The position numbers and the translations under genes were made by a program. A DNA stretch of 64,000 nucleotides from contig CBFFRP010000035.1 in the NCBI GenBank assembly GCA_965644295.1, positions 228,122-292,121 of the forward strand, written 5' to 3'. Shown piece after piece: positions 14,228 to 26,681 of the stretch. Each line of letters starts with the position of its first letter. The first letter of the stretch is position 1. A model generated the notes under the pieces. That model did not search any database, was not told where the DNA came from, and was given only the letters and a program-made list of their open reading frames with translations. Origin of the DNA: Paraphysomonas bandaiensis. Lineage: Eukaryota > Protista > Chrysophyceae.

Positions 14228-15505
14228 ATGAAGTACGTTTATGTGTTCCTGTTAGTTGCTGTGCACACGAGGAGGGTGATATCTAGAGGCTCTGCGCTGT
14301 CCACTGAACTCAAGTGGACAGAAGCGTCCAGAGACGAGTTATCATCAACATATATCAACAGCGAGATGTTGATAATTGGCGACTATAAATCTCCCATGTA
14401 CCACAACAAACCACTTCCTCAGCAGTGTTTGTTGGGTCATTCTAGGCCTGGTATCAAGGCTGTAGTTTCAAGTGTCCGGAAGTCAGCGTGTGTGTTGCGT
14501 GGAATTCGTGATCGAATAGGAGCGCGATATCACTGGAAGAATATGTCAATGCCGTCAGAGCGTCTTTCAGCTTTACACCTTATAAATGAACTCTTTCGAG
14601 ACAAGAACCACTCTGTCGCTAACCTATTGTTTATCGGTGATTCTATTAATACTCAGTTGGCTCAGTTTTTGACATGCGATTTATTACGGACGGGCATGGA
14701 AATGAATCCCAAGAGTGATAATGCAGTTGCATCATTTAATCACACGATTGCTGAATTTATCATACCAGCACGACAAAGAAATCCTGTCCATAGTTTATTT
14801 CGTATTCATAACAAGCAATTCAATCTACCATGCATACATAATATAAAACCGGATTGCCATAGCGCATTTGCCAAAGAAAGCAAAGCATATTTTCACACTC
14901 TTCATACAATTGAAAGTGCATTGTCAGCAGCTTTAAATCAAAGCGCTGAAATTTTTTCTCACCGTCAAACCTATGTTGTGTTTAACTACGGACTTCACGT
15001 TAAGAAACCTCACTTGCCGTGGGCAACGCGGGGAATGGCCAAAGCACTTATCGAAGTATCAGAGAAATATAGAAACGATAGCATTTATTTTTTATATCGT
15101 GAAACTTCTGCGCAGACATTTTGGTACTCTGAAGGTGGGTTCACTTGTGTAGTTTTGGATGTTTTTAAGTGGCATTTGATGTCAGATGGATCATTCCGCT
15201 ATGACATGGACAGTGCTCAACACGATGGTTTGTGCTGTTCTAAACCAACGCGAATATATCCTAGCACTAATTGGAGGGATAGCAGTTTCACGGAAGCACT
15301 TGGTTCCTTCGACCACAATTGGAATAAGTACATTGGCTATATTCCTTTCTTCAACACGTCAGTTGCATTGTATGATTTGAGAATAGAATACAACAATATT
15401 ACACAGAGAATAGATTGCTCACATTTTATATACACCCCTCTTGCATATACAATGATTTGGTTGGATATAGCGATAGCGATTCAATCTTTAGTCGTCGAGT
15501 ACTAG
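14228..15505 (+). CDS. Secreted or anchored SGNH-fold (PC-esterase/TBL-like) acylesterase or acyltransferase
   Basis: N-terminal hydrophobic signal; LLFIGDS, VFNYGLH, RETSAQTF and DCSH motifs; possible in-frame intron at ~15138-15186. Confidence 0.7.
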   Translation: MKYVYVFLLVAVHTRRVISRGSALSTELKWTEASRDELSSTYINSEMLIIGDYKSPMYHNKPLPQQCLLGHSRPGIKAVVSSVRKSACVLRGIRDRIGARYHWKNMSMPSERLSALHLINELFRDKNHSVANLLFIGDSINTQLAQFLTCDLLRTGMEMNPKSDNAVASFNHTIAEFIIPARQRNPVHSLFRIHNKQFNLPCIHNIKPDCHSAFAKESKAYFHTLHTIESALSAALNQSAEIFSHRQTYVVFNYGLHVKKPHLPWATRGMAKALIEVSEKYRNDSIYFLYRETSAQTFWYSEGGFTCVVLDVFKWHLMSDGSFRYDMDSAQHDGLCCSKPTRIYPSTNWRDSSFTEALGSFDHNWNKYIGYIPFFNTSVALYDLRIEYNNITQRIDCSHFIYTPLAYTMIWLDIAIAIQSLVVEY

Positions 15506-16245
15506 CAGTGAATTTTTACCCTGGTGAACCAGAAACCAGACTCCAACCTTGATTCAGTGGTACATGAACTCACCTACTCAGCATTATTACTGCTACAATT
15601 ATATAGTTCGTTCCTGAATATTTTTTTTGTGTGTATGATAAAGGAGACCATTAATTATATTAGCAAAGAAGTTGCCGTCAAGATAAGAATCTAGAGACAA
15701 TTAGATACCAAAGCAGGCTGATATCTCTAGATTATCACGTCAATTACCAGCAGGCTTGCGTAACCATTAATGGTAATGGCCATTCATGGCCTTCCCCCAT
15801 AAAATGGAAAAAAGCAATTCATTAATGGCCATAAAAATGGGGGAGAGATGTAGTGCCCATTAATGGCAATATCCATTAGTTAGTATCTAGTTGTCAGCAC
15901 CATGTAAGAATACGTGACAAGACACGACCTTCCGGTCCATTATTAGTTATTAATATATTATATACGTATTTAAGTCATTTAAGCAATCTGTTTTAAGAAT
16001 TCATATAAATTCTATTGGTGTGATAACATCACAATTATGTTGTGAATGTTAACATGAATTGATTGTACCACCTTCTTTTCTAGTTTTAAATTCACAGCTC
16101 AGCACTTGTCAGCATAAGCAATACGAACTGTATAAGAATTACTTTCATGTATAAAGAATTGTATAAATATCTGTGTTCTATGTGTACATTGTACACATCC
16201 AAAGTAAAAAGTCCGTAGGGGAATTTAGTAGAAAAATTAAATACA

Positions 16246-16723
16246 GTAGTGAATGTTATATTATTAGCAATAGACGTTGAAGAGTCAGATGGTGGATCAT
16301 ACTTACAGTGCTTATATTACTTAGCACTGATATCCTACTATATTTTACGCTACGGAAGCTACTTGTGCGTCACCGCAAGCACCAAGATGCAACACAGTAA
16401 GCAAGCAGGGTGTTGATATACCTGAGATCTGCTGACTTCAGGAGTTTTGAGCCCTAAAGGTGAGGTGAACATCCCGGATGCTTGGCTTCTTCAGCAGGCA
16501 GTCCTAAATCCCGGACATCCATCTTGAGGTGCGCCCATTCCCGGATGCCTGTTCATTCGTCAAGGCGTCTACACAAGTGACACTTATTAGTAGGTTATGA
16601 GTGGGAAGAACAATATCTGCTGACTATATATATGCTGCTCACGTTAGTTTCCAGCAGGGGAATAACGCCGGTACTTATCCCTCAGAATACCACGAAAATG
16701 TGCGAGTCCGACTTTGTTGAGGG
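16246..16723 (-). mobile_element. SINE-like family A, copy A2
   Basis: The reverse complement begins CCCTCAACAAAGTCGGACTCGCAC and ends ...aacattcactac; contains the GNRA tail hairpin. Confidence 0.8.
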
Positions 16724-16919
16724 CCCAACGGATACACGCAACGTCATTCACACCACTATCATTGAATATTTCAAAGCTGTTGAATATTTACAACAGCTTA
16801 TATACTATGCTATATATTGTATTGCGATGATTACTTAATATCCACAAACAGCTACTCAGTTTCTTCTTTGCCAACGATATTTGACGTATGTTATTATTCT
16901 TTCTGAGGTTAAGGAAAGT

Positions 16920-17463
16920 GTAGTAGTTAATGTCTTATTACTATCAAAATAGGCGTGTAAGAATCAGAACTAATGTAGCAAAGCAATTTAACAAACACTA
17001 GTGCTGCTACTAATTCGCGCTACGAAAGCTGCTTGTGCGTCACCGCAAGCACCAATGTACAAACCCCTTTCGCTCACTGTCCTTAAATTGAACTAGCCCG
17101 GACACTTGTTGACTTCCGTAGGCAGCCCAGTTCCCCGAATGACCTTGAGGTGGGCCCCATTCCCGGATGCCTGTTTATTCGTCAAGGCCCAAAACGTGTA
17201 CACAACACAAGTGACACTAATAATTAGTGTTCCTTGTACCACACACAAGCAAAACAATATCCGCTGACTATATATATATATGTGGCTCATGTTAGATCTC
17301 ACATACAAGAACGAAAGTGCTCGCACCTTGGTGCTTGCGGCGACGCACAAGTAGCTGCCGTTGCCTGTTGCTAATAATAAGACTTTCATATATACATGTT
17401 AGTATCTCCGGTACTTACTCACAAGAACACTAGGAAAAGGTGCGAGTCTGACTTTGTTGAGGG
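16920..17463 (-). mobile_element. SINE-like family A, copy A3, with a nested inverted 99-bp family-B tail (17296-17394)
   Basis: Head at 17403-17463, body and tail at 16920-17287; the nested piece is flanked by TSD CATGTTAG (17288-17295 / 17395-17402). Confidence 0.75.
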
Positions 17464-17536
17464 TAGAGAAAATGTGTACTGACAATGATATTATTGTCAC
17501 AAAATTATTATTATTATAAAGGAAGTGTGTACATAC

Positions 17537-18366
17537 TAACAGAAGTTGACATTATTTGCTAAGGTTTGCTGTTCTCAATTGAATAAGATTGAAATTATAA
17601 CATTACATGATAAAGAACCTAGGTTGTACTCTCGGTGTGTTCAACACCAATCATGTACGAACCACACACTCAGTAATATCATACCCCAACTTATACTTCG
17701 GTTTCATACTAGAATTATTCTATAATATACTAATTACATATAGATATGTCTTTCGATCCTCTCACATATTATACTGCACTCAATTGCAAGCATATAGAAT
17801 CTTCAGATCTCAACAACAAGGTATCTTTTAGTATAGAAGAACTTGGATGCATGTGTTGAAATCTGAAGATTCTATTTGCTTACAATTGAGTACAGTATTA
17901 TATGTATATATTGAAAGTCTTATTTTTTAGCAATAGGCGTTAAAAATCTGCACCAATGTAGTGGTTAGTTGAATGCTAGACATGTAGACCTCTATCCAGA
18001 ACTAATCACCACAAACTCTATTATCCTACTATTTAGCGCTACAGAAGCTGCTTGTGCGTCGCCGCAAGCACCAAGGTGCGACCTGTATTATAATATGTGA
18101 GAGGCAAGGATCGAAAGACATATCTATATATAATTAGTATATTATATATTCTAGTGTATGAAACTGAAGTATAAGTTGGTGCCTATATATACAGGATACG
18201 ATTACTGAGTGTGTGGTTCGTACATTATAGAATTAAATGATTGGTGTTGAACACACCGAATACAACCTAGGTTCCTTATCTTTTATCATCATGTATGTAA
18301 TGTTGTAATTTCAATCTTATTCAATTGAGAACAGCAAACCTTAGCAAATAATGTCAACTTCTGTTA
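17537..18366. mobile_element. Foldback/MITE-like element with ~275-bp inverted arms
   Basis: Left arm taacagaagttgacattatttgctaagg... (17537-~17812) is the reverse complement of 17853-17902 plus 18085-18366; spacer ~40 bp. Confidence 0.8.
17903..18084 (-). mobile_element. Family-B non-LTR 3' tail (182 bp) inserted in the foldback right arm
   Basis: TSD GTATTATA (17895-17902 / 18085-18092); sequence close to the reverse complement of 6603-6788. Confidence 0.8.
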
Positions 18367-18952
18367 TACCTATGATCAGTAGCTATACCAAATCGCTTAT
18401 CAGTTATACATCACGATAATGTGCTGACGAAGATCATGCGCGTACTTGTAAATTTGCTAATAGAATTGAAAGATGGTAGATGATAGTTACTAGAATAGTT
18501 TTAATTGGCAACTAAATTAATAGGTTTAAAAAATGATAATTGCAATTATTTATAATGGTAAATTTTACCAATTGGCTGGCTTAATTATATAGCATCATAA
18601 GCTGTTCCAATATGCACAAAAAACAGTCGTCTGAAATTAACTGCCACAGGAAGAGAAGAAACCATATACTTGTGTAAACAACACTAATAAGAAGATATAT
18701 AATTACATCGAGATATGTTTCCAACTTTCAAAATATGACATGGAAATGATTCTATCATGAGAAAGCTTTCCCAGTTACACATTTCCATACCCTGTGTAGA
18801 AATATATAGCCACACAGTATCAATACTGCTACTGTTGTAGTTGCAGTGGCACAGACATCAGTTGAACTTCAAAGATGAAGTACCTGCGAACCTAAAGTAT
18901 ATTCTATAAGAAAGTGAATACTTCACGCTTTTATTTGAAAAGGATATAGTTA

Positions 18953-21900
18953 TCACTTTTTCTGATGAAGTAGTTCATCATCGAAAAATGAAGCATTAAT
19001 AATATTCCTCGCAGCTGATTCCACAACCCCAAGAGGAAGGTGCATTTGCTGTGCCAAGTGGCGCCAATGCTTTAAACCATCTTTGAAGTTTGGCAGTTTC
19101 CTAATACAGCCCAGCGCTGAAAGAGGTGACAGCGAACGCCCCGAGCCAATATTTTGGTACACTCCATTGAGATCGTTCAGAGAGTCGATTTCAGGAACTG
19201 CTATATCTAGAGAGTGGTCACGCTTACACGCTGCTCGGAGTGACTTGTCGTACTTTAGCTGCACAAGGTTCAATACTCTCTCCAGATGCTCAAGTCGAAC
19301 CGCAGTTATGTTAATATTTTCTTCAGACATCGCTGAAGTCTCGCTTACAGTAGATACATCAGATACCTCATGATCATCAAGACTGTAGGAAGCAGCCTTT
19401 CCAACAAAGGGTGCGTTGTTCCACGCTACTCGGCCAAGAGAGGTCGATCGCTGAGTCGCTGTCCACGTCGTTAGACGGGATAGACTCGAGCTACCGTTTC
19501 CAATGGCGGCGTGTGACTCAACTACTTTACACAACACAAAAACACTATGAGCACATTCAAATATAGCAGCAAGAGTAAAAAGTTCACCTTTCAGACCACC
19601 AATACTTTTACCACTGCTGTTAGTAACAGAGTTCTGAAAAGTCGTCGAGCGTGTCGGGAGCGACCGTGTAGTCTTTAGTTTCGGCTGACATGCACGAGGT
19701 AGACTCTCATTTTCATCATCGTCATCATCAACACTGCTCAAAACAGTTAAATGCAAAAACCCTCCACAAAGCACTTCATTGCGTCTCAAATTTCGATATA
19801 TCTTATCACAAACTCATACAGAATATCGATGTCGCTTTCATTCCCTACAACTAAGTAACACACAGTACCTTTGTAGTGCAAATATTGCATCTGTGAACAC
19901 ATTACTCGATGTGCTATTATCGTCTTCAGAACAGTACAGAACATTACTGTTGCGCTGAAAAAACAGATGCTGAAGCAAGTCCTTCACCAAAGGTCGAGAT
20001 TCTGGTGATTTGTGGAGACATGCACCGATAAATAAATTCAACTCTTCCGTGTAGTTCTCGCCTGGAAGCTCTATATCTTCGTCGCATATAGACTTAAGGA
20101 GGTCCCAGTAACCTTTCGGCTCCGATCCATTGCAGGTAGAGAGGGGAAGCCCACCGCGAACTACTGCGAGGATAGACATTCCAAACGACCAGATGTCCCC
20201 GGGAAAACCATACTGCTCGTTACGAATGCGCTCTGGAGCCTATATAACGCGTTACACATATACTTGACAAGCAAATGCACTGACCATGTAGCACATGGTG
20301 CCTACAAAGGAGTTTGATGCTATGTGTTCGCCCTTCGGAGTTTTCTGCAACACCTTTGCAATGCCGAAATCAGCTAACTTCACCACTCCTTCACAATTTA
20401 GTAAAATATTTCCCGGCTTGATATCCCTAAATGGATACTCTCAAACACATATCATGTAGAGCAAAGAGTGTACGTGGTAATACCGGTGAGCCAAGTTGCG
20501 GCTGTGTAGAAAATCTAGACCCAGAAGCACCTGATAGGCAATGTCTGCCAGTACCTCTTCATCACGACAGCCTCCATTGTCTACCACATCCTGCAAGGAT
20601 CCACCGTCCATATACTCTACTACAAGGTTGACTATACCACATGTAGGATCCAAGAAAGCTATATGTAAAAAAACGTGAAAATTGAGCGTGTTTCAGTCGC
20701 CAGGTGTATAATGGTGTTTAATCATATAGCCTCAGAATTAGAGTAGTAACAGGGATATATCGCACTGAGGTCATACTACATGACTAAAACATGCCCTATA
20801 CCTATACTTACCATCATACATGGCCAATAACTGTGCGCAGCAACTGGTTACTTTAGAGTTTTTTCGCTTCGTTCTCTTGGCTCTGGATGTATCCGAGCGA
20901 CTGACATCCGACATTATCTCCATGTCAATATCAGACAACGTTTCTGACCCTGCTTCTGAATGACCATCATAATTCTGACACCCATTGCTAGTCACAGAGC
21001 CACAATCCTTGGAGCTATTTAATTGTCTAGCACACGGTGTATATTGTGAGGTAGTGTCACTGTATACTGACCTCGGGGTAAGCGTCTGTATGATACTTTT
21101 TCCAGTGAATACTGCACTTCCTTCATCACAGCATTTCAATTCTTCGTCCAGAGAAGAACTCAGCAGATGAAGCTCCGCAAGATTCTGATATAAAACACCC
21201 AATTCAGATGAGATATGATGAATATTATCTGAGTCATTTATAGGAATCATTTTGAGTGCAACAATTGTGAGCGTACGTAAATGGAGTGCTTCCACAACAT
21301 TCCCAGATGACCCAGTACCCAGTTTACCTATCTGCACAAAATCACTCTTTCCGCCAAGCAAAAAAGTATGGGGCACTTTGCTGTTTCCGGCAGTAGAGCT
21401 GACCTCGATACCAGCTTCCTTGATAGCAAAATTACCTATATGCAATCCACCTCCTGGACTGATACGGGCATCTTCTCGAGGGGTATTTGTTTGGCAAGCA
21501 CCGAGAACTGGTGGCGAACCAAGATTGGCGTCTGATACCATTTCATCCGAAATTACTACTTTCAAGTTAGGGCGCGAGCGGTGTCGTGTATTTTCTGGAG
21601 ATGATGGCTTCGGAGGACGACCAGAACTTAGGGGTTCATCTGCAACTGAAACAAAAGAAAGACCCAACGAAGTTCCAGGGTGTACTGAGGTGCGGACAGG
21701 GTCCATGCTTAACTGAGTACGTTGAAGTGTTGGGCTGTCATTCTTGCTGGATGTTGTATCATCTAATCGATATGACGTTTCCGTATTTCGATTGGTTTCG
21801 AGAGTATGGGAGAGGTTTTTGAGGGCCATATTACGCACAGAGTCGTTATTTTGAAGAGAAGCTTTAGCTTCAGGACTTTCTCGAAACATCAAGTATGTGT

Positions 21901-22186
21901 TGCGGATGTTATTATGGATCTCTGAGTGACCCAGTCCAGCGCGTTTCATCCGACGAAATGCCCTGCGCAGCCCCAACACTTTATTTCCTCTACGATGCAC
22001 CATATCAGCCCCATTGCTCTGCTGTGCATCACTGGACTCTTGTTGTGGGGGATTTGCTGCCTGTTCATACTGAGCTAACTCTTTAGAGGAAATGCTATCC
22101 GCATTCTCGTTAGTTACCGTGACAGTACTAACATCTCGTCGAGTACATGAGCGCCTCACACGCAAAGAATTATGGGAGTTTCCCAT
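18953..22186 (-). CDS. MAP kinase kinase (STE7/MAP2K-like), multi-exon
   Basis: LGTGSSGNV, VALKMI, EYMDGGSL, HRDIKPGNILL, DFG, SNSFVGTMCYMAPERI, DIWSFG. The 3' end may include a further small exon near 18860-18890. Confidence 0.85.
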
Positions 22187-22902
22187 AAGTTAAAGCTGGA
22201 TAAGCTTCAAAGAAGGATGAGATCTGTCAGGATTACACTCTGTCATCGAACAAGACGACAGAGGAGACTATGGAGCACAAGAGGACAAGATGTGAATGAT
22301 ATGGCTGGTTCATGAGATTAATTATCCATCCAACCTCTCATCCGCCTCACTTCCACGCACTCACTTCTCTTCTCAATACTGTGATTTCCTTCTACAGATA
22401 TGATGAAGTTCATACCATGAAATCACACTCAATATTCAACTACGCTCGTTGTCCCTAATCCCGCCTACGGGCTGCTGCACTCCGCACTGTGCACAGAGAG
22501 GTCTGGTGTGGGTGTGGATGGGATACCGTCAATTCCTACACTCTGCGTATGTAGCTTCTAGCACCCCTGCGTAGTATCTTGAGTGTGCGGATATACACTA
22601 CAATATATCAGTGGTATACGTGCTGTATATCATGGTATACGTATAATACAAACTAGTTTTAAACGTTCGAATTGTGTAGGGATGTATGCCGTATACAGTA
22701 CAGCAGTGTATCTGCACATGCTGTTGTATGTGTCGTAGTATGGTATGGGAGTTAGTTGCATATAGCAGTCAACACATACGACTATTGAGCACAAGTTGTT
22801 GTATACGTACATATTGTGAACAAGATTCAACTGACTAGTGAGCCATATACTCCAGTGCACACACTACTTTTGTTCGAATTCTACAAATTGATATTTCTAG
22901 TT

Positions 22903-23814
22903 ATGCAGACTCGTGGCTATAAGCGTAAGACCAGTGTGAGCGATGACGAGGACACCAGCCCGAAGAAACCGAAGGTGGACGGGGATAATCATACTGAAGC
23001 ACATGACAAAGAGCAGGAGAAGAAAGCCCAACGAGAGAGAGCGAGGGCCTGGTTCGCCAGTCAACAGGGCACTGAGAAAGTTGAATCGCTCTCATACAGC
23101 CCGAGTGTGAGCGACCAAAAAGCGAAAGCTAGACAATATAGAAACCAATTGGCTGAGAAGGAGAGAAGAAATACAGTTGCAATGTCGCCCTCGCAACGAA
23201 GTAAAGTGGAGAAGTTGACTGAGGAATATGTCAAAGTTAGTCAGTCGACCGCGACTGGGCTCCGGAAGGAAGGAAATATGAGATACTCCTCGTCGACTAG
23301 AACTTCGAACGTAATGGTGAACCAGGATAGAGTACGAATACCTCCTCTGGCTTCAATGGCGGAGGATAAGGAAAAGCACGAAGTCACGGTTGTTACCTCA
23401 CCGGCTGAAACGAAACCCGCTGAAGATAGTAGACCCACTGAAGATGGACCGACAGTAGACCAACCTACTGAAGATAAACCGACAGACGATAAGCCCACTG
23501 AAATTATGAAGTCAGATGCTCAGAGGTCTTACGGCGTAAGCTCTGCTGAAATCGACAGCATCGATTCATCGGGTGATATGTCTGCAATGTCAGTAATCTT
23601 GTTGTGCTTCGTCGTCGGAGTGCTTGCGGCGTCATTTCTATATACTGACGTGTGCAAGCAGTATATTGGTACAATCAAGTATCGTTTCTACCAGATGGAT
23701 GCGATTTTCAAGTATGCTGTTGGAGATACGTCAACCCCGTGCTCTTCGTGTGCTATGGCGGTCACAGTAATCGGTATGGTTCTGTTTTACTCTTTTTTTG
23801 GACGGGAAAACTGA
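22903..23814 (+). CDS. Hypothetical membrane protein: basic NLS-like N-terminus, PTxDxPT repeats, two C-terminal hydrophobic helices
   Basis: Open 303-codon ORF from ATG 22903; KRK...SPKKPK; hydrophobic segments VILLCFVVGVLAASFLY and AMAVTVIGMVLFYSFF. Confidence 0.6.
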   Translation: MQTRGYKRKTSVSDDEDTSPKKPKVDGDNHTEAHDKEQEKKAQRERARAWFASQQGTEKVESLSYSPSVSDQKAKARQYRNQLAEKERRNTVAMSPSQRSKVEKLTEEYVKVSQSTATGLRKEGNMRYSSSTRTSNVMVNQDRVRIPPLASMAEDKEKHEVTVVTSPAETKPAEDSRPTEDGPTVDQPTEDKPTDDKPTEIMKSDAQRSYGVSSAEIDSIDSSGDMSAMSVILLCFVVGVLAASFLYTDVCKQYIGTIKYRFYQMDAIFKYAVGDTSTPCSSCAMAVTVIGMVLFYSFFGREN

Positions 23815-25453
23815 TTTTGCCGAGAATTGCTGGCCTCTGTTGGGTTATTGCACTATATGTGATAGTCTGGTGTGCTTATTTGTGTACAACCACGGGGATA
23901 TTAAAGTAACTAAGTTCATGACTTCATTGTATGCGTTAGAATTATAATCTATTTCATCTAACATTGGTACAACAATTTTTGCTCATAAGTCATAACATGA
24001 CTATGATTATATTTCAAACAATATATTGTAAAATATATTGATTGGTCAACCGGCCGAAAATCCCATCAATTTTGTTTCTGTTAATATATTGCAATCAATA
24101 TTGATAGTCATTTAAGAAAAGATTCTCAACTGTAGGGTGCAAAATAACCGGAAAATAAGAAAAAAGCCTATTTTTGGTACTATTTTCTATATTTTTTGTA
24201 TCGCCAGCTCAAACAGTACCTCACTCTACACATGTATGTACAGTCTCTTAATATAACATATATATTCATACTGATAAAAAAGATGAATGCATAATGCATA
24301 CAAAAATAGAGATAATTACCGCTGTTTTTGGAGTCTGGTTGCAGGAAAACAAACAAGACCTGAGAAAGTTTGAAGAGTTTCCAAGGATCAAGTCAAGTGA
24401 ATCTGTATGAAGGTCGGAACATTTTTTATGCCTTATTGATAGATTTCAGGGCAAGTTATCCCCTATCTGCTTTAAGGAAAAACAGCTCCATTGTTAAGGA
24501 TCCGAATTTAGAGAATACGGAACAGCAAAAATCCAAGCAGGCAAAGAATTTGATTTGTCAAGATCTCAGAAAGATGCTGTTAGAATATATCTCTGTTCAG
24601 ACAGTGATTACAACAATACAGAGGATGATGAAGCTAATGTTGTTGGCTATGCGATTAAAAATCTTCAGTCAGCTCAAAAAATTAAGAAACGTACAGGTCC
24701 ACGAGTCATGTAGTATATACTTCCAATACATGGCGCAGCTAAACAAATTATATCAGTGTTTCGCAAAAATTTAAATAGTATTGCAGCCCCTCCACTGAGC
24801 CATAAATTCCACTACTGTTTTGAGTCACTAGCATCAGGACAAATGCAAAGTGTTGGGAGTGAAAGCTCATTACATTCTCTCTCATCTCTCAGGGCCATGT
24901 ATCAATAAATTGTCAATTTTCGAAATTGGGACAGCAAATATAGATACAAAATTTCTTCAATTAAGTGTCACTTAATTGAGTTATTTTTAATGCCATCCAC
25001 TCGATACTGGTAATGTATAATCATAATTCATATAATCATAAGATCATAAGGCATACAAGCTACAAACTACAAGTAGCTTGTTAAATATTCAAACTGACTA
25101 TAGGACGTATATCATGCATTCAAGTAGGAGACGGATATACGATTCACAGGCTTGACGACGCCTGCCAGAAATTCAAATTTACTTGAGGTCGAGAACTATC
25201 TCAGATCTAGAGAAAGTCTACTTCACAACGCAAATTTCTACAATTCACAGCTTTCGCATTTCAGAGAGTTCATATTACAGAAAATTGAACTAGCTCTAGC
25301 AAACCACCACAGAATGCACATAGTGACTGGGAGTAGGGAGTAAGTATAAAATTCAAAATAACACATTGGTTATTAAGCAACGTGAATAGAGTACAACTGT
25401 TTTACAGTTTACCAGCATCACCATCTGTAAAATCAAAACAAGCAATATAAACT

Positions 25454-26353
25454 TTACTGCCTCGAGGAAATAAAATCCAGTATTTCATCAAGAGACATCT
25501 CTCCAGGTTTTTGAAGCGAAAATCCTACTAAATCCTCAGTAAATAGATCGTACGTATAGCCCAAGCCTGAATCTTCGCGAAACACCAATCTGTGCAACTC
25601 TTTCAAAGGAATCGAAGAACATTGTCTGGATGTATATATATCTGAAATTTCGGCTATTCTTTCCGCCGTTAAAAGCGGTACTGAGTGTTTGTAGAACTCA
25701 TCCATAATTCTCCTCTCTGCCTCACTCATTGATATGATATCAATGGAAGGGTGGTCAGTAACTTTTTTACATAACACTACAGTCCTACATTCACCATCCC
25801 TTCCATCCACATTACAGTCCGCTCTATTTTCTAGGACCGGAAAAGTCAGCTCAAATTGAAGGGGTGGTGCCTCGAGAAGGCTGCGCAATAGGCAGGGGGC
25901 GTGTAGGGAACATAAGAAATAATACCCTCCGGGTCTAAGAAGGCGATATACTTCACAGAGCATGGTGGCTATGGCACCCTCTACTAGCATCGCATCCAAG
26001 GATCCCTTGTCAACAATAATATCAAACGAGTTGGGCTGAATTTCACTCTCATATCCCACTCCCGACCTTTCTATCATGTCATACACGACCCACTTCATAT
26101 TATGGACATTAGCATACTGCTGACGCATATACTCAATGCAGTCAGCATCATTGTCAACAGATACGACCTTGCCAAACTCTAGATTCGTACAGAGCGAATG
26201 AGATAGAGTGGATGTTCCACTGCCCACAACAAGAGCAGTGAGTAATCTCGGAGATACACTGACATCAGACAACACCACCTCAAAGAACGGAATCAGATAG
26301 TGGAAATCAACTATCCAGTCAAAGTTTCCTGAAACTTCACCGGGTGCTGACAT
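25454..26353 (-). CDS. Class I SAM methyltransferase (METTL13/EEF1AKMT4-like)
   Basis: FDW, LVVGSGTS (motif I), VSVD, FDIIVDKGSLDAML, EVYRLLRPGG. Confidence 0.75.
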   Translation of the reverse strand: MSAPGEVSGNFDWIVDFHYLIPFFEVVLSDVSVSPRLLTALVVGSGTSTLSHSLCTNLEFGKVVSVDNDADCIEYMRQQYANVHNMKWVVYDMIERSGVGYESEIQPNSFDIIVDKGSLDAMLVEGAIATMLCEVYRLLRPGGYYFLCSLHAPCLLRSLLEAPPLQFELTFPVLENRADCNVDGRDGECRTVVLCKKVTDHPSIDIISMSEAERRIMDEFYKHSVPLLTAERIAEISDIYTSRQCSSIPLKELHRLVFREDSGLGYTYDLFTEDLVGFSLQKPGEMSLDEILDFISSRQ

Positions 26354-26681
26354 TGTGTCCACCCAATGCGGTTGAATGCATCACAGTTATGTGCAGTGAT
26401 GGAGCCGGAGAACAGCAGTACGAGGCATGGCACGAGGCAGCAGGAGCAGCAGGCAAGCACAAGTCCAGCACCAGTGTAGTCCCATTGTAGCCCTCGGAAT
26501 ACAGCAGGAATACTGTACATGAATCTTTGGGTTCCGCCACAGAGCTGCAGTTGCAAGCACACAATGAGCGACTCGATATATCCTCTCGCTACAATGAAAG
26601 AGCGTCCAGTGACGCCATGATGTACATTTGTGTACATCTATTGGACTAGATCACTGTAGCAAGATATCCGCTGGTAGTGAA

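Noticed and set aside
15750-15880. Cluster of CCATTAATGG palindromes
   Set aside because: Possibly a transposon subterminal relic, but no paired end or TSD could be identified.
16640-16700. Hammerhead ribozyme in the family-A head (CTGAGGGA...GAAAC on the minus strand)
   Set aside because: The CUGANGA core is not matched and is not conserved in the other copies.
24130-24900. Possible DNA-transposon end (tagggtgcaaaat) and transposase remnant
   Set aside because: No matching second TIR or catalytic motif found.
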